Part shown: positions 43,950-59,504 of the stretch, one piece after another | Layout: every line of letters starts with the position of its first letter | Position numbering within the stretch: the stretch's first letter is position 1 | Assembly (NCBI GenBank): GCA_012295275.1 | Contig: CM022671.1 | Location: 17,608,001 to 17,672,000 of the forward strand | Length of the DNA stretch: 64,000 nt | Source: Chrysomallon squamiferum | Taxonomy: Eukaryota; Animalia; Mollusca | Direction: 5' to 3' | Made by a program: the position numbers and the translations under genes | Notes under the pieces: generated by a model | What the model saw: the letters and a program-made list of their open reading frames with translations, nothing else | The model's database searches: none | Told to the model about the DNA's origin: nothing

Positions 43950-44560
43950 GCAGTCTCTTCCGGTCTTTTAGCTTTAAGCCTCGGACTGATCTCGTTATCG
44001 GCGAGAACGTAACGAGATTTCTTCGACACCGCGCGATCAGAGCAAAGTTACGTGCATCGCTGGTCACTCCGAAACCTCGCTAGTTTTTAGCTGTAAAGCG
44101 GGTTGTTGAGGCGTTGTAACGATGCCGCCTGTTGACGCACGGTGAATGGGGAAAAAAGAGAGGCGCTTTTCGAGCTGCGAGACGACGCGTTCGAGAGAAA
44201 ATGGCGACACGGCGGGGATGCGCACGCGCGAAACGAACAAACCGAAATGTCAATTTAATCCTCCGGGAGACCGTTGTGTTTCACTCAATGGCGTGGACGA
44301 AAAACGAACGGGGCCAATTACGGAGAAATTCTCGTGTGTGTGTGTGTGTGAGCGCGCGCGAAGTCAACTGTTACAGATCGGGCTGTCACGTGGCCGTGCG
44401 CTGTTTGAAAAAGTGTTTGTGTGTTATCTGCTACCATCTACCTAACAAGTGCGGCGAGTCTCCGTCCGTAACTCGATTACAAGTGCTGCTTCCTTTTTAG
44501 TGGTGCCATTGCCTGTCGAGATCGTGCTGGGGAAAAGTACGTGTCTTATTGCATTAGCCA
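43950..44560. promoter_or_regulatory. Strong CpG-rich island, promoter-like
   Basis: Dense CpG/CGCG content (e.g. gacgacgcgttcga, cgcacgcgcg, agcgcgcgcg), YY1-like AAAATGGCG at 44198-44206, and CACGTG at ~44387. Confidence 0.45.
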
Positions 44561-44716
44561 GACAAGTGAACAGATAACAAATTTGTTCGGTTCCTCGTGT
44601 ACTAATAGCGAATTTCTGAACTTCTGAATGGACGTTAAAAAGTCTTAATTATTTGCATTTATTGTGTGTATGTGGGTTTTTTTTTTTATGTATTTGTACG
44701 TGTATTTAGGACTGTG

Positions 44717-44756
<40 letters not shown>

Positions 44757-46377
44757 AGTATATACAAGTATATATCTATCCATAAGTCTTAAAGATTTAA
44801 TTTTAAAATAAGACACATACAATATTTGTATTTCAAAATATTCTGTTACAAATACAGAATAACTTTACAATTTTTTCTTATAATAATCATAATAATAATA
44901 AACAGAAGTCATTTTCTTTTTCTACTTATATAACATCTACAGTGACCATGAAATTATTAGCAAACAAAACCCCATGAAATGTTACGACTATTAAAACATC
45001 AGCTTTCTGTAATGAAATGTTAGCTTCAACAAAACTGTAAAGCTGTTACGTCAGCGAAAAACAAGACGAAGAAGATTAAGTTAAAATTACGTCTCTCGTA
45101 AATGTACTCGATATGTTATATGATTCACACTACAGTATCAATGTTATTAAGTCATATACTGAATTTATGAAAACGATCAATATTAAAAGTAACATTTAGA
45201 GATAATATTGTATCATGCATATGTTAACACACACACACACACATTTCATAAAATCACCAGCCCTGTGTTATTCTGTCATCTCTAAATGTATAATAAGCTC
45301 ATTCGGATATATGTTACAGGAAATATACATGATTCAGAATATATCTGAAAATATGTGTAATCACTGAACTGAAAGTGTCGTGCCCAGAGTTGTTGGTGGT
45401 CAATGACAAACACAGAAGCAAAGGCCTGCAGACAGAGCAAAGCGTTGACATGAACGATGAGTCTGTTTGTAAAGAGATAACAGAACAACTCGGTGGTCTG
45501 TTGGACACAAATTTCACAGTTTCAGAAGAACTCCTGTCTTCGCTTTGGAATCAAGTGTTGCCCGTTTGCGGCACTGTGAGGTTCTGGCCTGACATCATCT
45601 CGCCTCCTTCCTCAAACTGAAGTCGAAGGATGATCCACTTCGAGCCGCTGCTTACCCAATTTCCTGAGTGAATCAGAAGTTATACATTTTTTCAGAAATT
45701 TTCAAAATTAAACACATTACCTGATAATACAAATTTCCTGTAAAATAAGCATTCATACAATACATACACACATATACATATATACAAACATACATGCATA
45801 CATATATATATACATACATACATACATACATACATACATACATACATACACATATATACATACATACATATAGAAACATACATACATATAGAAACATACA
45901 GACATCCATACATATATTCTTTCATACATACAGACAGAGAGACAGAGACAGAGAGAGAGACACACACATACAAACACAAACACATACAAAGCTATAAAGA
46001 CCTTCCAACATGCAGTGTAAACACATGCAAACAACACTCCTGTAATCATACAGAACTATGGAAGCTCTAGAGGCAGTCATCATTTACTTCAGGCTGGTTA
46101 ATTAATATGCCGTGGGCGTTGCTGCCGAACGCACATGCCAATGTCGAACAGAGCTGTCACAGTCAGACTGTGATGTTAATGTGTTGTCGTTGTGTTCTGC
46201 ACTTTCTTCCGAGTACTAAACTTCTGATTAAAGAAAAACAACAACAGCCAAAAGTATTGTGATGTCTCGGTAGTAAATTCATGCAAAAAATAAAACAACA
46301 AAAAAAATAAAAAATTACCGTTGATTTTAATTCAAGTTAGACACTGTGAAACTACGTTTTGTGTTTGTGGGAGGGGG

Positions 46378-46421
<44 letters not shown>

Positions 46422-47417
46422 CCTGTAAATTAAAGAACTGAATGATTTATAAATAAAGTGAATAATTTCAAGTATTATTATTTTTAAATTATTTTTATTC
46501 TGTTTTATTTTATTTATTTATTTATTATTTATTTCATTATATTTTAGTAGCAGTAACAGTAATAGTAATAGCAGTAGTAGTTGTTGTTGTTGCTTCTGTT
46601 GTTGTAGAAGTAGTTGCAGTAGTATTTCGAAGGTGAAAAGCCTTAAAGCTTCACCGTATACTTCAGCTGTCTGCAAGTGGAATTAAGCCGTTGAGAGCAT
46701 TGATGAGAATCGATCCCGAGAGCTTAGACACTTCAAAGAAGTATTTAACCATTAAAAGCAAAAACAACCAGTTATCAGAATAATAATACATTTAGATTTC
46801 ACCGATCTTCTGTTTCCTTCTGTCAGTAGCTCTTGGCACCGCGATTTCAATGATTAAAATATTTTCTCGCGTTTTGACAGACACAAGAAGAATGTTCCAG
46901 ACGTCCTGTCACGATCAAAACTGTTGAAAACTGTAAATGAAATATCGTGGACGAAGACAGAATTTCGGACAAGATGGTGGGACGAAGAACCCATCGTTGT
47001 TTTTAGATACAATTTCAGTGTAAAATTACTTTGACTGCAAAGAGTAAGTAAGAAAAAAAAAAATAATAATAATGTATCAAGTTTCCCCTCCTTTCCTTGC
47101 CGACTGTTTAACTGTTTATTTATGCACTTATCTAGATTTATTTTTATTTATTTTTTATTTTTTTTTTTTTTTTTTTTTTTTTTGGTATTAAAATGTCAGA
47201 TGCACTTTGAATTCAGTGTCTGTACTTTTATCAATCGTGTGATACGCAACAGAGTTCAGTGCCAGTGTAAAAATGTTAATGAAAATAAACTGATAATAAT
47301 AAGTATTTATTAAAGCACTTCAGTGACAAGCGTTTAAGTAGAGATCGTATAAAAGGTTTATGTAATAGTTTATACTTCTTACTCCGACTGCTTGAGAAAT
47401 TTCATTTTTAAAGTATT

Positions 47418-47450
<33 letters not shown>

Positions 47451-48416
47451 TCTTTTAACAAAAAATAACTGAAAAAAAAATGGAGTTTAATCAGTCTTTA
47501 GCCAACGGAAAAAAATTTAATTTTCTTGAGATGGATATCTAAAAAGAGATACCCGAAGTTTTATGAATTCTTCCTTTTTTTTATTTGGTTCAACGCTTAA
47601 TTTTTGCTAAAAAAACACAAAAAAAAACGGGTTCATGATTTTATCCGATATCGTTGATTTTATCTGGAGAATACTGTTAGTAACACGACTCAGCAAACAG
47701 GCAAAATAATCAGTTATATTTGGAATATTTCCGTTATCATGGATTACCAATGTCATTATTAACTACGGTAAGAGATGACATTTTTTTTTTTTTTTTTTTT
47801 TTTAAAGGAAGAAATTCGCCAGCCTTATTGATTATCAGATATTTTTATTTTTTTATTTTATTTTTTAAATTTCATTTTATTTACGCTCTATTTTATTAAA
47901 ATTCTAATCGTGTACAAGACGTGTTTCAGTAGAAGTTGGTTGTGGCTTTGTATGTCACTGATTTTATTACGTTTGCTTCACGTACGGGATGCTCTGGGAT
48001 CAAACTGCATTCCACGTAATCACACAGTTGTTTTCTATCCCAGCCAGTGATGAACGACTTGTAATCAAAAGTTTGTGGTATCTGATGTCTTCTTTGTGAG
48101 AATTGTTAGTTCCCATATATATATATATATATATTATAGATAGGATTATATCATAGATAAATGGTAGATGGATGAATGGACGGATTTATGAATGTCTGTG
48201 TGTGTGTGTGTGTGTGTGTATATATAGTAAGATTGTATACATGTATGTATGTATGTATGTAAGTGTGTATGTATGTATGTATGTATGTATGTATGTATGT
48301 ATGTATGTATGTATGTTTTATTTGTTTATTCAGCCTCCGATTAGAACCGTCAACCCAGAATATTCATATACCAGTTGACGGAGACAGAGAAAAAAAGGAA
48401 TGTTTATATGTAAGTG

Positions 48417-48520
<104 letters not shown>

Positions 48521-51500
48521 AACAGTTTTTCAAACATACACAAAAATTACACACGAAAGAAAACGAATGAAATTACAAAACATCTTATTTGTAATTGTTA
48601 TCATTGTGCTTATGTTTCACAATCTGTCTGTGCTCGCTGACTCAGTGTGTGCTTGTTGCTCACTCCACTCAGCTTCGCTAAACAACATCATCATCATCAT
48701 CAACATCAACCCAAGTACGAAGTGTAACATCACGGATACACTCTCGCTGAGAAATACACACAGTTCCATTAGCCCCGTTTTCCTCAGATGTTGGGATAGG
48801 AGTAAATTGGGTTAGAGAACTGTGACTCCGTGAATACCTCGCCAGAGAAAAACAAACGCTAAAAGAAATACGGGAAACGCTTGCCAAATGGAACTAATAA
48901 TAGGATTCCTTCCATATGCTGTTTTCTCTGGGAATTCCAGAACCTTAGGATCGAGTACACAACTTCATCAAGAAGACGATAGAGAGATAACGGAATCTCA
49001 CGTTTTGTGGGCGAGATCTGAACAGACAAACTGTTTGTTAGAGGCGAGGTTTAGGTGTTATCCATAAACATACCAGGAACGGTAACTGCTACACAACGGA
49101 CGTAATGGTGGTGGTGGTGGTAACGTACTGTGTGTGGAAATGTGGGTTAACAATTACGAGATGAAGAAAAAAAAAAGTAAAAAAAAGAAAAGTCGAATCC
49201 GAGCTTATGAATTAAGATTGTTATTATTATTAACAGAAACAGAAATGTTTGAAAAATATTTTTTTTTTAATTTTCGTTTGATAATAAATAAAGACTTGAA
49301 GGTTTATTTGAAAGTTAATGTTAAAACCTCTGAAAATTTATTGTTTCCTTTTTAATTAACATAATTATTACCGCATTTAATATCAGTTCTATTTCTGCTT
49401 CTTCCACTTACAATAATAATAATAATAATAATATTCATAATAATAATCTGAAAAACAAAAAAGAAGATAAAGCGAAAATCGTATCTGGGATAATAATAAC
49501 AGTATAAATGACGATGATGATCATGATGATGATAATGATGATGATAATAATAATACACATATATTATGCGTAAATGTAGAAAGAAAAAAAGAAAAGAAAA
49601 AAACACAACTTTAAATAGGAATGTGTATGTAATGTTCCTCAAAATAAGAAAGCAGAAAAACGAAGGTTAATTTTTTCACCCTAAATCTTTTGTAATTAGG
49701 AAAGGATTTCCTTGGCAAATCTAATGAAGATGTTTCCAGTCTGTTTTTCACGCTGCTGGAATTTAACCTCAAAACCCAGCACTAACGTAATTTAGAAACA
49801 TTCTCAAAAGTCGGTTGTTCCATATTTTTTTTTTTTGTTTCTTTTTGTTGTTGTTGTTATTGGTTTAGTTGGAATTTTATTTTTTATTTATTTATTTATT
49901 TATTTTTGTTGTTGTTGTTGTTGTTGCTGCTACTGCTGTTGATGTTGTTGTCGTTTACATTTGTTCTCAGTATGTATGCCAGTCCATACTTAAAACGACT
50001 GATAACAATTGTTGGTTAAAAAAAACCACACAAATACGGACTAGTTGCCTATTGATGCAAAAGTCTTAAACGTTCATTAAAATTTAGTTGTTCTTGTATT
50101 GTTTGTTGCTGTTGTTTTTGCTGGGTTTATTTCTTTTTTATTTCTTTTTTTTTTTTAGACCAACTATGAATTTAACACATGTCAAAGTGGAAAGACAATT
50201 TCTAATTTCTATGCAAATCAGACTTCACGTCTTTGTGCGCACACTGATGAGAAACATATTAAGGTTTATTATTTAGTTATTTATTTACTCTCCTTTTTTT
50301 CTTTCTTTTTTTAGATCTCAGAATTTTCCTGCAGTCAGAATAATAAACAGAGGCTCACATGGGTTTTCAGGAAGGGAAAATTACTTATTAAGATTGAAAT
50401 AATTTTTACTGTTGAAAAAATTAAAATAATTTTATCTCTCTCCTACATTTTGCTGCTGATAATAGTCATACAACTACAATTCTTCTTTTGATATAAAATC
50501 AATATTAATACTAAAACTGCTACTATTATTGCTGCTGTCACTGAAATCAAAAAATATTATTATTGCAACTAGTTATACTAATACTACTACAGTTATAGCA
50601 AAAGGCTGATTTCTAGGGGCCGCGTACATAAAGGAGGAATATCCATCCTAAAACATTCATTATGAGCCCTCTTCCGGTAATGGTGAAAGGGAAGTAGAAA
50701 ACTTCAACGCTCGAGTCTTCTGCAAAAGGCCCATCGCTTTCCGCTCGAATTTTAAAAAATCATATACTTTATTTTTCAAAACATTTACCTACCTCGAATC
50801 ATTTTTATATATTTTCATAACCGAAAAAAAAAAACTGATTATTTTAATACGGGTAAGCTATGCACGGCAGACGGAATCATTACTTAAACAATCAATCGAT
50901 CTTTTCTTTTATATCTAATTTTCGTTCCTTTTAAGTTCCTTGTTTTATTCCATTACGTGTAATTAAATTAGCCAAAGCACAATGAACAGTTCTTATGAAT
51001 TTTTATATTTACTCAAACGCAATGCTAAGTGTTGATATCCTCAAACATTTTTTTTTTTTTTACCCACGCACTGTTTGTTTGCACACGTCCGGTTTCACAT
51101 CCTTATAGTACTTTTAAACAGAATATTAATTTTATTTTTACCTTTTTTTTTTTTTTTTTTTTTTTTTTTTCGCCGTTCGATTAGATGATATTCGTAGGCT
51201 AGCTAATACCACCAAAAACATTCATCTAACATCAAAACGTCGACTTCGGTATATTAAATTAAAGAGTGTCAGGGGACTGAAGCTTAGTGCCGGGTATTGA
51301 CTCAAGCTGATACAAACCGCTACGACAATCTGCACTCTAATATCACTCACGGGACCTCCATGTCGGATTTTTGACACCATTTTGTTTTTATTCATGAAGT
51401 TATTGACGTCACTGTACGAGAACTGCTGATAAGTCGCCAGAGCCAGACTTCCTGAAGTTTCGCAAATTTATTCGTTTATGAAAAGTTATAAAATGATTTA

Positions 51501-51666
51501 AGTATTCTGACTGAGGCGATGTGGTGTTATGACAAAATTTCACTGACTTTTCTGCCATTAATCAACCGATATTTCGTTACAAAATACGGCCGCTGCTAAA
51601 ATTTAAAGTGATGAGAATCAAAGCTCGAAAATAAAATAGTATCTTGGTTTCTTTCTTTCTCTCTCT

Positions 51667-51748
<82 letters not shown>

Positions 51749-51994
51749 CCTCTGAATATCTCTATTTCTGACCAGACACTTTAAAAATAAATATAACACA
51801 GATAATGATTTAAAAATATTTATAGCGAATTAATTTCCTTTCACTGTAAGTATTCTGTGAGACACCAAAAAAAAACATTATTTTCATCACAGAAATGACA
51901 TTTCTCGTAATTTAATCATTTCTGTCGTCTCATTTACTTTTAGAGAAAATTAAATGTCACTGATAATGATTAACTCAAACAGAATGCCCACAAA

Positions 51995-52069
<75 letters not shown>

Positions 52070-53119
52070 AAGCCAAATGCATAGTGCCGGAGAGATTACC
52101 TCTCTCATTGTTTTGTCTGTCTGACTCACTTTTTATCTTTCTCTCTATCTCCTTCTCACTTTATATGTAATACTAAGCACATCGACCTGTAAAGCTGACC
52201 ATACACACTCTGTTTCAAACGTTACGTTTATTAGTTATTTAAAAAGAGAATGCCTCTAAATACTGACGAGATTAACACACGCAGGTGTAACGCGATGTGC
52301 ACGTAAATCTTTCGCACTGAACGTTCTTTTATTCACCTTCTGACGCGACATCGAAACTTTCCACTGCAGGTTATTGCCCTTTTGCAAGTAAACGCACACT
52401 TTGACGTGCCAATTAGCTTGTGTCCACCGCTAACGCCGCAGTTTTATTTGATGAATTCCTTCCATAACTGAATTTACTTTTGTCATCCGAGAATATGTAG
52501 ATTGTCCTTGCCGAGTTATTGCGGGTTAATTCCCATTTTTCACTTCAGTTTTGTTATTGCCTGTGGCCTATGGTTGTAAACCAATCCCACCGCGACAGTT
52601 AAATTAATCTAAATCTGGGTCGAAGAACGAGTAGGATTTGGTTTACACGTGTACTGTAGTCATGACGCGAGCAGTGAGAGATTCATTCAGTGGACGCAGG
52701 TTGTCATACGAGCCGGTCATGTAGTAAACGACAGCGAACGAGAAAAATTAATATAATCCAACCTTATTTGATGTGTTGTTGTACGGTTTGAGTGTATGTG
52801 TGGTGTGTATATGAATATGATGATGATGAGATGATGTTGATGATGAAATAATAATAACATTAAAACAAATAATAATGATTGCAAAAATAACGATCCTAAT
52901 AACGATGATGATGATGATGATGAAGAAATAATCAAGACAAATACATTATAATAACACGGTTCACTAAAACAGAATATATTTCACTAGATGAATATAAAAA
53001 TAATTAACGTATATCTGTTGTCAGTTAATTTGTACTGACCTGAATTTCCATAAATGAATATTTGCACTCTCTCTTATTAATAATGTGTTTGTTTTTCTTC
53101 TAGAAGTCTGAAAGAAAAT

Positions 53120-53154
<35 letters not shown>

Positions 53155-54590
53155 AAAAAAATAATAATAATCACAAAATCATCCGTATGAAAAGTACTAA
53201 CAAGGTCAGAAGTTCAAGTATATTTAGGACGCTAATCCAGTCTTACAGATAATATTATAAAAGATTAGCCGAAGAGAAACGATGGTATAACTGTCTTGAA
53301 CCCTGGGTAATTCCTTCACCTTACTCGATCCCTGCATCTGCAAGGCTTAACCCCTTTGACTTAATCATATTGCGTCATCTTTACAAGACACAATGACAGC
53401 AGAAGCATGTAAGGACACGATTGATCAGAGGAAAACAAATCACACAACGATCACATCTGCAACTTGAACCAATTAGGATTTTATATTCACTAAGCTGATT
53501 TTCACCATTCTTAGACATTTAAAAATAATTATTTGTTGTAACAAAAAGATATATATATAAAGATATATATATATATATATAAAGAGTATTTTATTGTTTT
53601 CTTGCATAGAACTGCATTGAATTTTAGTGTATTAACTCAGAAAAGTATTTTGTTTAGCAAAATGGACTAAAGACGTCAACATTTAAGTTTGTTACTGGCG
53701 TTATTTAAAAAAAACCGTTTTTGTTTTTTTTTCAAATTATTATTTGAATCCGAAAGGGCAGGCTTTGTCCCTTCTACAAACTTAACAAATAAAAACAGAA
53801 AATTAGAGACGTTAAGCATTTGGACAAGATATATTGTGTAAGCCTGTTTATCACAGACTACACCTTCTTAATCTAGTTCGGTGCAGTTCACCCTCGAGAT
53901 TTTGTCACAACGTTCATTCACCCGAGACTCAATATCCGTTTTTTCTCAATTTTTTATTATTATTTACATTTTTTTTTTTTTTTTTTGTTGTTGTTGTTGT
54001 TGGGGGTTGTTTTTCATCTTATCTTCCTCTACTTTTAGTCACATCAAAACAATTTTTTTTTTACATTTGAAGGATCTATTCACCGGTTGGAGAAGCAATT
54101 TAAAAAAATGAATGAAAAACAAGGATGTAATAAAGGTTTTGCTTGAGAACATGGAGCCGAATAGTATCCGAACTGTTCTCAAATCTACCTCAAGCCTACT
54201 ATACATATTTAATCAAATGTTAATAAATCATCTGTCAATAACAGAAACGATAGCCATAATATCATAACAGAAGTTAATATGAATCAACAGTACATAAGTG
54301 AATAAAGAATAAATTACATGACCATAATATGTGGCACTAAAACTATATCAACACCAAATGGCAATGAAACAAAAACAATATTAGTAATGACTTCTTCTAA
54401 TGTGCTATGTATCTCTAGAAATCACACGAGAATAATTTCAAAACTGGTTTATAATATAAAGAAAACAAACAAATAAGAACCACAAAAATTCAGTTATACA
54501 GGGTTGTCATGGGTTTACAGCTGTTTTATTTCCTTTAATATGGAATTAAAACAGATCAAAACACGGTATTTTCTTTTTGTGTTATCTTAT

Positions 54591-54626
<36 letters not shown>

Positions 54627-55339
54627 GGACTGTTTTTAACCATCTAAAAAATGCGAGCAAATGAACACTTTTTATCAATATTTATTATCTAATTAAATTA
54701 TGCTGTTGACGTGAAAGAGTCGTTTCATTAAAATGACGCAAGCTAGTGTAATTTTACGGCGTATTTCAGATCCAGTTTTAATTTCACCTATTGATGATGC
54801 TAACAGGAAAGCATTACTTCTGAGTCGTTTAAAGACATCTACTCGCATTTATTCCACGTAATATTTTCAGAAACTTCTTTCTAAAGACATTTAAACGAGT
54901 TAAATTCACCATAAAAGTTTCTGATGCAGAAGTTTTCACTGAACAAATCAATGAAGCTATATCGTTCTGCGCTTTCTTCAAATTATAAGACGAAATAATA
55001 TATAAATTAATCCGTGTAGTAAATTGTCATTTTTTTATATAAAATTAATCAAGATCACGGAAATTTTGGGTTATAGTCTTTAAACATGCAATTAAATACT
55101 TTTTTTTAGATTGTTATTCCTTATTTTCGAAACTAGTTAATTGCACAAGATGTTTGAATGGCATTTCCAAATTCTTATAAATTTATTTTTTCTATTCTTA
55201 ACTTGATTTATTATAAGCATGCGCAGATCCAAAGGTGAAAGTTCACCTGAATGGCGAACACTTTATTTTCCACCTAACCCTTTACATTTCTTTCTTTCTT
55301 TTTTAAAATTTATAACTGCCATAATCCACCTTCATAAAA

Positions 55340-55352
55340 TAGCGCCCCCTAG
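55340..55352. promoter_or_regulatory. CTCF-like motif
   Basis: TAGCGCCCCCTAG matches the core of the bilaterian CTCF consensus (reverse complement of CCACTAGGGGGCGCTA). Confidence 0.35.
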
Positions 55353-55844
55353 ACCCCACCACCCATAACTCTGTTAAAATATGCTTTATACAGATTACTG
55401 AATAACCATTCAGTGATGCATCTTTACTCTAAACGAGCCTGTTTTAAATTCATTTATTATTTTGTCAGTTCTTAATTCAGTTTCTCAATATCTCCTGAAA
55501 TCGTCACAAGAATCGTTTCAGCCCATTAATGCATTAAACTGTTTCAAAATTATTTAGTTAAGCATGTTCGCTTTCAAGTCGTCTGTACTTCCGGTCCACA
55601 TTTAGCAGAAGTATTCTTCTATTTACATCCCTGATCGATTCTTTTTGTGCGGAGATAAACTGCATAGGAATCTGATGAAAAGCATTCAGACATATTTGTG
55701 AGTTTCTTTCACTCATGCTTCCTGCAAGGGAAAGGACCGTAGCTCTGTAGCAATGTCGCGGGATCTCTTTTTACATAATGCGCTGGCTACTCTTTTTATT
55801 TTCCATTCCAGACACTGCTTACGATTGTATATCAAACTCCACGC

Positions 55845-55910
<66 letters not shown>

Positions 55911-56706
55911 CATCATCATTATTATTACCTTTTTTAATTTAATTTATTTATTTATATATTTCGTCTGTATTAAGACACAGATAAAACATTCTTAGCTGCT
56001 GACAGATGAACACTGACGTCATCAAATTTCCAATATGCAGTTTCCAATTTAGACATTTCTGTACATCAAACCTTTAAACCATATTTAACATGTCAGTCAC
56101 CGCGCGTTCTGACGTTTCTAATTCGTTTTCCATAAAGTCAACATGTACGTATCAATACATGTCAGACAATGAGCTTTTTCCAATTCGCGTAGCAGCCTCG
56201 GTGAAGTGACGTCTTTGACAGTCATGTTACCTATAACTACAGACGTCACATGTTGTCTCGACAGCCATGTCTGCAACGTAAACCCGACTACAAGGTTTCA
56301 TTTCATCACAGCAGAGAACAGCCATCGCCAGCTGGAAATTATTTTCAGTGAACGAAGGCGACAGTCATAATGAATTTTTTATTTTTTTATTTTATTTTTC
56401 TATTTTTAATTTTATATATATTTTTAGTAGTATTATTATTATTTTTTTAATTTTTTTTTTTTTTTTTTTTTATTATTTTTATTTTTTTTTTATTTTACTA
56501 AAGTGCAGTTCTTGTCTGGTCGGAAATCAAAAATATCTTCTGTTATGTTAGTGACATGCGGAGAGAAGGAATCGTTTAATGAGTCTGGTTAGATAATTTC
56601 TGATCTCGGTTGCCGACGTAGTTTACTTTAACTTTAATAATTTAAAAATAACAAAATGTATTTTTTTTTATTTCATTTTTTTTATTATTTAATATATTTT
56701 TGTATC

Positions 56707-56900
56707 GTCTCTCTCTCTCTTGATGTCTTGATCTATTTCTTTTCCTCTCCTTTCCCTCTCTCTCTCTGTCTCTTTCTCTTTTCCTTTTCTTTCTATCTTT
56801 TTCTTTCTCTTTTCTCTCTTTTCTCCCTCTCTTCTCTCTTTTTTTCTATTTCTTTTCCTATCCCTTTCCATCCTCCTCTCTTTCTCTTTATCTGTCCCTT

Positions 56901-56994
<94 letters not shown>

Positions 56995-56997
56995 TTC
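56707..56997. repeat. ~290-bp polypyrimidine tract ending in (CT)n
   Basis: Directly visible. Confidence 0.9.
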
Positions 56998-58476
56998 ACA
57001 TTCATTCGAATTTTCTGCTTCGTTTATGTCCTGTAATTTTAACTTTGTTCATTTTGAATGTTTTTACATTTCCTAAAACAGGGGTTTTTTTTCTTAGATA
57101 TTATCATCATTATCATAATCTTTTTTTTTTTTATTTCTATTCCTGTTGTTGACGTTCATGTTGCTGTTTTTGACTGTTGTATGAATAAATCTCTTTTTTT
57201 TTTTTTCCACACATTTCAGCTGAAAATTATTATTTACAGACTTCCATGCTTAATGCTCAGTACCAATCCGTAAACCATCTATAATTTCTTCCAGCATATC
57301 TGTCTAATTATACACATTCAGACGCGACGAAATTAGAAGTCAAAAGCGAAACAGAACTAACAGCAAGACAAGTATTCGCTTGTGACAGGAATTCTTGCAA
57401 TGTACGACCAAGATCTGAGAAGGTCAAACGCAGAACATAAACATCAGACCAATGTGACGTCGTCGTAGGCTTTGGAATTTCTCTCGCAATTAGGACCTCT
57501 TCGTTGCTACAGAGCCGAGGTTTCGCGTCAAATGAACGGAAATATGTGCACAGAATGCAGCTTTGATTTCCCTCACTGTAAAAACCTGGGTTATTATTAA
57601 TCTGAGAAGGAATAATTTCTCATCTCCTGGCTGATAACAGTACGTCTGGAGTTTTAGATTTTCAAACAATGAAGTAATGGAACTGTTTATATATACAAAT
57701 GCCATGCAGTTGCTTCTAAAGAAAACGAATACGTAAGGTTTTTACACGTTCAGTAGACTTTAAATGAAATATCTGTGTTTAGAAACCAAGAATAACAAAA
57801 TGAATATTTATTTGGTAAGTAATAATTTAATTGGACAAAAGAAATGGAATTCAAAAAAACATATTAAATAAAAATCGAATTTGCTTCAACTCCTTATTCA
57901 TTGCAGATGGTAAAGAGAGAAGGTTTTTAAAAAATTTGTAAAAAAGAAATTTATAACAATTTACAAACGAGATGATACGAAAATATCTCTATTATGACTT
58001 CTTTGTTCTTATTACCACCGTTTCTACTGCTTTAATTTGTTAGTTAATTCAGAATTACTGGGGTTTGTTTTATCTATGTGTGTCTGTTTGGGGGTTTTTG
58101 TTGTTTTTGTTGCTGTTATTTTTTTTTATTATTTTTTTTTTTTTCAGTGAACTCTATTTTCAGTGCTGTACTCTGTCACTTGTGGAAATTGTCTATTATC
58201 TTTGAGTAGATGTATTCGTTAGTGTTCTGGAATAGTCACAGCTATGCTGACTGCTGCTTCTTCCAGCCTTGCCAAACTCGAAGACGAATATAACTCACAC
58301 TGTTTAGTGTTTGTGACAAGGGCAAATGCGCGACGTTCACAGATACCTCCAGTATGCGTCAGCTGATGACGCAAAAACTGACAACAAACATATGAAACCG
58401 ATAACATATGGTCACACAAACAACACAGTTCACATATAAACATATACATACATGCCTACATACTTACATATCTATA

Positions 58477-58507
<31 letters not shown>

Positions 58508-58528
58508 TGCGACATTGGCATTCGTGCA

Positions 58529-58645
<117 letters not shown>

Positions 58646-58807
58646 GAACATAAAATTCTTGACCTATGTGTTTTATCTCATCAGTTAAATTAATATGTTA
58701 ATCTCTAAGTGGGTCTCTCTTAATTCAATGCTCTCATTTAACATTTACCACAGTGCGTGGGAAGGACAAAGAAAAACAAAGAGAAAATTCTGCATGACAT
58801 GAACGGT

Positions 58808-58843
<36 letters not shown>

Positions 58844-58976
58844 ACTACTCTTACCGTTTACCTAACATCGGCTAAAAGCGTTTGATTAAATAAACTGTTC
58901 GAATTACTTCTTTCTTTTCCTTTTAAATTAACCAATTTTATTGACTTGTGCTTCACTGCATTTTGCACTCTCTTTT

Positions 58977-59016
<40 letters not shown>

Positions 59017-59419
59017 CTCCAGCTAACTGTGTATATACTATACACACACACACACACACACACAACACAACAACAAATATTCAATAACCGCAATTTGCAA
59101 AGCAGGGCCGATGAGCTCGTGTTTGAACTTTCTACATCGTAACGTGGCCAAAGAATACAAAAGCTACATCACCAATTTCTAAATAATTCAGTGACAGAGT
59201 CTGACTAATGCGGTCTCGTTAAGACATTAATCAAATATCTACCCCCTTGTACTCCTGTTTGCCGTCGACACGAACGGCTCTTGGGGAATGTTCCAGCTTC
59301 TAAGTGTGCATTTCTCCCAGTCTCGGCCTCTCTGGAGTGACCGGCAGAAAATCTATTTTATTGGCCGTAAACACAAAAATCATTGGACTCTCTAGTTTAC
59401 AGCGATCCTGATTATCTGG

Positions 59420-59453
<34 letters not shown>

Positions 59454-59473
59454 GTTTTTTTATTTTGGATGGG

Positions 59474-59504
<31 letters not shown>

